From positions 7,378 through 71,377 of the forward strand of contig CAZMWE010000001.1 of assembly GCA_964570005.1 (NCBI GenBank): 64,000 nucleotides of DNA, read 5' to 3'. The notes beneath the pieces are model-generated. The model was not told the DNA's origin, made no database searches, and worked only from the letters and a program-made list of their open reading frames with translations. The stretch comes from an uncultured Candidatus Saccharibacteria bacterium (GTDB taxonomy: Bacteria > Patescibacteriota > Saccharimonadia > Saccharimonadales > UBA4665). The stretch's first letter is position 1, and each line of letters opens with the position of its first letter. A program made the position numbers and the translations under genes. This document shows positions 59,265 through 64,000 of the stretch, piece by piece.

Positions 59265-60293
59265 TCAGGCTGCCGGTCTTAAGCCCATGCTAGCCGATTC
59301 TCGTGGTATGTGTTTTAAAAGCGAGTCGACCGACTCGCCGAGAGTGAACTCGCGTACGGCTGCTTTACGTTCCTTGGTCGTTGACAATCCGAGTGCTATT
59401 GCTTCACCGATGGCGGTTATTAATGCCTGGGGGTTACGTTCCTCAACTAAGGTTAACAAGCCACAGTTCGTTTCCGGTAAGCCGCCAAGGCTACTTGCAA
59501 TTACCCGGCAGCCGCTATGTTGGGCTTCGACGGACAGCATCCCGAATGGCTCTGCAAATACCGAGGGCATTAACAATATGTCAATTTTTGCGAGAAGCGT
59601 CGCCATGGAGGTAACGTTTCTGCGTGGCTCGAGCAACTTTGCGTATTTGTAATCTTTTAACATTCTTGCAATTGTCCGCCCTTCTTCGACGTGCTGTCCT
59701 GCCATGACAATGCTCATATGGACGCCCAGGATGCCCATCTCGTATTGGTGCATCATTTCAAGTATCGTGTAGATACCTTTTTCGGGATGCAGCCTGCCCG
59801 CGTATAGGACTTTGACCTTCTTGCCAGGTTTTGACCGCCGCGTGTTGCCATAGATGGGATCGGCAAATGGCATGACGACATCAATAGTACTGCTTGGTAT
59901 TTGCAAATAAAGCGCCCACTGCTGTGCGTTGTATATGCTGGTGGCGATAATTGTTTTGCCTTCTGTGTCCTTTTGTCTTTCGTGTTGTTCCACTTTTGAC
60001 GGAACGGCACAATGCAAGATAATCGCTGCTTTATACCGAGTTGGCACATCGTATGCCCGGTTCACAAACACGACTGTGCCCGGCAAATCGCTGACTTCAG
60101 CCGGGTTGACTAGGCTTAAAAATGGAACATCCGGGAACTCCCGCCTGCTCTGCGTAGTCGCTACGCCGACCATGACTACCTGGGCATCAATTCCTCTGCG
60201 CAAAAGTTCGCGTACGTGACCTGCGGTGAATGTCTCGGAACCACCAGTACCAGCGAGCATTGCCTCGCCGGAAGGCCATATAAATGAAATCAT
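59265..60293 (-). CDS. glycosyltransferase family 4 (GT-B, GT1-type fold)
   Basis: N-terminal GGSETF.. and C-terminal ..PSVFAEPFGMLSVEAQHSGCRVIAS (E-x7-E). Confidence 0.85.
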   Translation of the reverse strand: MISFIWPSGEAMLAGTGGSETFTAGHVRELLRRGIDAQVVMVGVATTQSRREFPDVPFLSLVNPAEVSDLPGTVVFVNRAYDVPTRYKAAIILHCAVPSKVEQHERQKDTEGKTIIATSIYNAQQWALYLQIPSSTIDVVMPFADPIYGNTRRSKPGKKVKVLYAGRLHPEKGIYTILEMMHQYEMGILGVHMSIVMAGQHVEEGRTIARMLKDYKYAKLLEPRRNVTSMATLLAKIDILLMPSVFAEPFGMLSVEAQHSGCRVIASSLGGLPETNCGLLTLVEERNPQALITAIGEAIALGLSTTKERKAAVREFTLGESVDSLLKHIPRESASMGLRPAA

Positions 60294-60646
60294 AAGTGCC
60301 CTAAAAGCTAAGGCTTTGCTTTGATTTGCTTGGGTTTTTTGATGGCCTTCCGGCCTTTGTCTTTCGACATTACTTTTGCTCCGCCAGAATGTACTGCAAG
60401 TAGTGAACCTTTGGCAGACCTTTTGGTCTTTTGATGGTGAATAGGGGCATGATGCGGTCCTCTCTAGGGACTTAGTTACGTGTAACCAACATCAATCTTT
60501 TCGGCTGCCCCTGGCTGGAAATTTAGTGTTAAAGTGGTCTTATATATAGTATGCGCTTGTTTATGCTAAATACCTAATCTCATACCTAGTGACGTAGTAA
60601 GCTCGGCTCCCCTAGTGGACTCGGATCTTGATCTCGGCACAAAACA

Positions 60647-61198
60647 CTAGCAAGCATACGTCAGGAGAACGTTACCCGATTTAAAAGTCCGAGTATCTTT
60701 TAGAGCGAATTGTAGCAGCTCGCCTGTACCGTAAAACAGGGGTGTTCCCATGCCTATGATGATTGGATTGACCATAATCCTGATCTCGTCGAGTAGACCC
60801 TTTTCGATGAGCGTCAGACATAAATTTGAGCTGGCGAGTACCGCGATATCTTTACCGGGTGCCCTTATAAGCTCTTGTACCTTTTCGACTACATTTGTAC
60901 TTGATTCCACGTTCTGCCAATCGGTACTCATAGGCTTGTGTGAAAATACGACCTTATTGAGGCTATTCATCCGGGCGGCAGTCCCGGGCTCAGTTTTAAT
61001 CACTTCTTCAGATGGCCAATACTCAGCCATCAGCTCATACGTTCTTCGCCCGAATATCAGCGTGTCCGTCTCGTCGAGTTGATTATTTGCAAATTCGGCG
61101 AACTCTTCGTTGTCGGCATTATGCCAGCTTATGTCGTGATCCGGGCCCTCAAAGTAGCCATCGAGCGTGGTCATCATAAAAAGAAATACTTTTCTCAT
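60647..61198 (-). CDS. dihydrofolate-reductase-like (RibD C-terminal domain) family protein
   Basis: MRKVFLFMMTTLDGYFEGPDHDISW.., TLIFGRRTYELMAEYWP, and ..IRIMVNPIIIGMGTPLF. Confidence 0.8.
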   Translation of the reverse strand: MRKVFLFMMTTLDGYFEGPDHDISWHNADNEEFAEFANNQLDETDTLIFGRRTYELMAEYWPSEEVIKTEPGTAARMNSLNKVVFSHKPMSTDWQNVESSTNVVEKVQELIRAPGKDIAVLASSNLCLTLIEKGLLDEIRIMVNPIIIGMGTPLFYGTGELLQFALKDTRTFKSGNVLLTYAC

Positions 61199-61381
61199 AC
61201 ATCTATAGTAACAAAAAGACTTCCAAAGAAATCCTTCATTGTGTTTATGCTTGGGTCGGCAAATGATTCAGGAATATAACTCTTACCAAAGATGTTGAGA
61301 TTTCCGATGGGCTTACTCAGCAGCTAACCTTTCACTGTTCAAAACGCGTTACCCGTGCCGAATCGGTACGGTTGTGTCCGT

Positions 61382-61780
61382 CTATTGTTGGGTGTTTAGT
61401 ACTGACGCTTCGGCCACAAGGTTTGTTATCCCTGCTTTGTTGATTGGGTCGCCTTCGTGGAATTCGATTGCGCGTTCTGTGCTGCTATCCATCCGGGCGT
61501 TAAAAAGGTGTGCAGGGTCTTTCATGCGAGCCCCTTTATTGAATACCAGTTTCATATTGTCTTTGAACGTCTCAGTGCGGCAAAGCATCCCATTTTTGGA
61601 CCAGACAGGCAACCCCTCAGGCCGGGTGCGCATCCTCCACTTTACTTCTTCGAAAATGTCCGGGTCGGCGGCTCTGATAATGGCGCGTAGCCGGGATAGG
61701 GTTTCGCCTTTCCAGCCACCGTACAGCGTAATGATATCGTCAATTTGTTCGGCAGCAGATTTGTTATCACTCATACACAC
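61382..61780 (-). CDS. DUF1801 (YdhG-like) domain protein
   Basis: ..GWKGETLSRLRAIIRAADPDIFEEVKW.. and ..MKLVFNKGARM.. are typical of DUF1801. Confidence 0.72.
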   Translation of the reverse strand: MCMSDNKSAAEQIDDIITLYGGWKGETLSRLRAIIRAADPDIFEEVKWRMRTRPEGLPVWSKNGMLCRTETFKDNMKLVFNKGARMKDPAHLFNARMDSSTERAIEFHEGDPINKAGITNLVAEASVLNTQQ

Positions 61781-61947
61781 TCCATCATACCAAATAGTAA
61801 AACTCCCGAAGAAGTGTTGCGGTGCTTGGCTCGTGTGCCTCTGACGAAATCGAGCCAGGTTAAGGCTGAGCTAATAGAGATACGGGAGATAGTACATGCT
61901 GTCAGAACCACTACTCTTCCAGGATGCAATTTTATACGCGATAACGA

Positions 61948-64000
61948 CTATATCTTAAACATCTTCCACTGGCTTAAGTTGCCTGCATCGTACTCATCGC
62001 CAACAAATATCTTCCAGGTATCTAGTTCTGCGGGAATTACTATACCGCCGTCATAACCTTCATGTTTGTCTAGCCATGCCCGAAGTCCTTTGGCGCGGCT
62101 ACCAGCACTAGCGGCTGTTTCGCCACTCTTGGTGTCTACTACCCAAACTTTATCTTTGGTCTTAATAAACCAGTCAGGGTAAAAAAGTCTCTCAATCTCC
62201 CCGTCCATATACGGCACGGCAAAGTACAGGCTTCCGTGGTCACCGTTCTTGTGCCACCACTCCACATTTTCGTTATCGTCCATAAACCGTAAGAAGGCTT
62301 CTTCATTCTTCTTGCCTGTGTAGTCCTTACTAATGTAGAAGTGGTCGTAGGCGTTACGCTTAACGTCTAACTCTTCACACAGGTCAGTAAAGCGGTCGCT
62401 GGCAATGGGTATTTCTATGGTCGCCACACTGCGCTCACGATTTTGTTCAGCCTTTTTAACAATCTCCTTAGTACGAACCGGTCGGTAGTCCCACAACGCC
62501 TTGCGTATAATTTCTAGTAGCACGCTATTGGTACTCATAAGGTCATTCATGATCACTTTGTAGTAATCAGCACGATCTAACTGCGTGTTATTGCCGAACC
62601 AAACATTCAACGCGGACTTAAGACGTCCCCACGAACGTGCAGGGGCAAACTTGGCTCGCTCGTCTGTCTGTTCACTAACAATCTTAAAGCAGTAGAGGTT
62701 ATACAAGCGTTCTATGTCATGCAGGGATACTTTTAGGGTATCGCTACCACCTTCGGCTTTTAGCTCGGCTACAAAGTTATCATAGTCGTCAATCTCTACG
62801 CCCGTGATCACGTCGCTCGTAATCCCTGGGTTTAGGTCTAAGCCTTTCGCTCCAATCTTGGCGGCACGTTCGTGAGTGTCAAACGAGTCTTCAATGTCAA
62901 AGTATTTGTTGGCAACAGTCGCGAAGGTGAGCTGGAACGAGTCGCCTAAGTCGTTGTAGTCGTTACGGGCAGACGTGACTGTTTCTAGTGTTAGTGGCGT
63001 GACGTATTCTTTGCGGATAGACTCATAAATAGTTGGCCGGTTTTCACCGATGCCGTCTTTGTCATATGTGGCAACTATCTCGTTACGTCTGTAGTTAGTG
63101 TATAGGTAGCCTAAGTTCAATGCAGGAACGGTAAAGTGTCGTGCTAGTGGCATACGCAAAATACGTCCTACGGTTTGTATAGCAAAAGTGGCGTTCTTAA
63201 TCTCGCGGAACATTACAAGCACCCCTGCGCGTGGACAGTCCCAGCCAGTCGCAGCCGCTTGCTTAAACAGCAGGAACGATACAGGAGAGTCGCTCTCCCG
63301 TATTGTAGTGAGGTTAATCTTGTCTTTGTCTAACCACACCGCTATCTCATTATCTGTAACGCCCTTGCTTTTCAGGAATGCTACTACGATGTCACGCTTG
63401 CTCGTGCCTGTTTCTAAGCTGGCCTTATCGTCATTAGGCAGCTGTATTAGCGCTAGAGGGTTAATGTCCTCGCCAATGTTTTTGTAGTGCTGCAGTAGCT
63501 CTAGGCGCTTCTGCCACGCCAGTTCTAGCAGTATCTCATCTTGGTTAGTTTCTGTACGCGCAAACCTACGCAGGTCTTCTTCGGTCTGGAAGATGATCTT
63601 TTCTTTGAGCAGCCCGCTTTCAATCACGTCTTCACGCGGTACTTCTACGGTCATAGCACCTGTAGTTTGTGGCGTAGCGGATATACCTATGATGATACGT
63701 GGCTTGATGACGTTCTGGATCAGGTCGCTAGCAAGCACCGTATTCGCGGCCAGGTGTTCTTCGTCAATGATAAGTACTATCTCGCGCCCTTTAGCGTGGG
63801 TAGCATTCATGTAGGTGTCAAAACTTATCTGCGTGTCGCCATCAGTGCGCAGACGGCGGTTTTCGGCAGACTGACTAACCAACTTTTCCCAATTTATAAA
63901 GAATACTGCATTACGTGGCAACACACCGTCGCCCAGGTCGTTCATGTCCAGCAATTTGTTTTCACTTGCACCCTCATAATAATCGAATAGTTTATCTTTG
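61948..64000 (-). CDS. SF2 helicase-nuclease, type III restriction Res-subunit-like (5' end outside the window)
   Basis: Motif II LIIDEEH, motif III GISATP, motif VI QTVGRILR. The C-terminal PD-(D/E)xK-like region is YPDWFIKTKDKVWVVDTKSG. The reading frame stays open to position 64000, so the N-terminal ATPase lobe (Walker A) is missing. Confidence 0.8.
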   Translation of the reverse strand, partial: KDKLFDYYEGASENKLLDMNDLGDGVLPRNAVFFINWEKLVSQSAENRRLRTDGDTQISFDTYMNATHAKGREIVLIIDEEHLAANTVLASDLIQNVIKPRIIIGISATPQTTGAMTVEVPREDVIESGLLKEKIIFQTEEDLRRFARTETNQDEILLELAWQKRLELLQHYKNIGEDINPLALIQLPNDDKASLETGTSKRDIVVAFLKSKGVTDNEIAVWLDKDKINLTTIRESDSPVSFLLFKQAAATGWDCPRAGVLVMFREIKNATFAIQTVGRILRMPLARHFTVPALNLGYLYTNYRRNEIVATYDKDGIGENRPTIYESIRKEYVTPLTLETVTSARNDYNDLGDSFQLTFATVANKYFDIEDSFDTHERAAKIGAKGLDLNPGITSDVITGVEIDDYDNFVAELKAEGGSDTLKVSLHDIERLYNLYCFKIVSEQTDERAKFAPARSWGRLKSALNVWFGNNTQLDRADYYKVIMNDLMSTNSVLLEIIRKALWDYRPVRTKEIVKKAEQNRERSVATIEIPIASDRFTDLCEELDVKRNAYDHFYISKDYTGKKNEEAFLRFMDDNENVEWWHKNGDHGSLYFAVPYMDGEIERLFYPDWFIKTKDKVWVVDTKSGETAASAGSRAKGLRAWLDKHEGYDGGIVIPAELDTWKIFVGDEYDAGNLSQWKMFKI

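Noticed and set aside
1-64000. CRISPR arrays, rRNA genes, IS elements, integrases, prophage genes
   Set aside because: No spaced direct repeats, no rRNA-like conserved blocks, and no DDE/tyrosine/serine recombinase motifs were seen in any listed ORF. Absence is based on visual inspection only.

Overview
The window is a densely packed, moderately GC-rich bacterial chromosome segment with about 75 protein genes, two canonical tRNAs (Leu-CAA, Ser-GGA) and one aberrant tRNA-fMet-like element. I found no rRNA, CRISPR array, integrase or transposase. Most of it is housekeeping and cell-envelope content: gltX, xth, pyrH, a MacB-type ABC pair, NRAMP, VKOR, a MarP-like CvpA-protease, uppP, a GT2 plus GT-C glycosylation pair, and a five-gene haem operon of the coproporphyrin (HemQ) type. 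Three RRM RNA-binding protein genes are also present. Gene content and promoter style suggest a streamlined monoderm lineage (Actinobacteria, Chloroflexi or CPR/Saccharibacteria-like), but that placement is inference only. The most interesting loci are: (1) a translationally coupled FNR-type dehydrogenase, signal-less ApbE and bis-haem ferric-reductase-domain module next to a Crp-family regulator; (2) a coupled papain-like protease, staphylococcal-nuclease-like protein and frameshifted histidine phosphatase near a Res-type helicase-nuclease at the window edge; (3) an archaeal-type CarS homologue paired with a CDP-alcohol phosphatidyltransferase; (4) a Tat-lipoprotein LanC-like toroid lacking the zinc ligands; (5) a membrane-anchored double-AAA+ Clp/Hsp100 protein; (6) a tRNA-Leu enclosed in a 14-bp flanking stem, and a promoter-equipped tRNA-like gene without a canonical anticodon loop. 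At the global scale, most operon-first genes start 6-11 nt after an (often extended) -10 box, which implies leaderless mRNAs. Several convergent gene pairs overlap tail to tail. Several gene remnants (ALDH, KGG stress protein, histidine phosphatase) point to ongoing gene decay. About seven ORFans have no recognisable family. All functional calls come from motif recognition by eye, and no searches were run.
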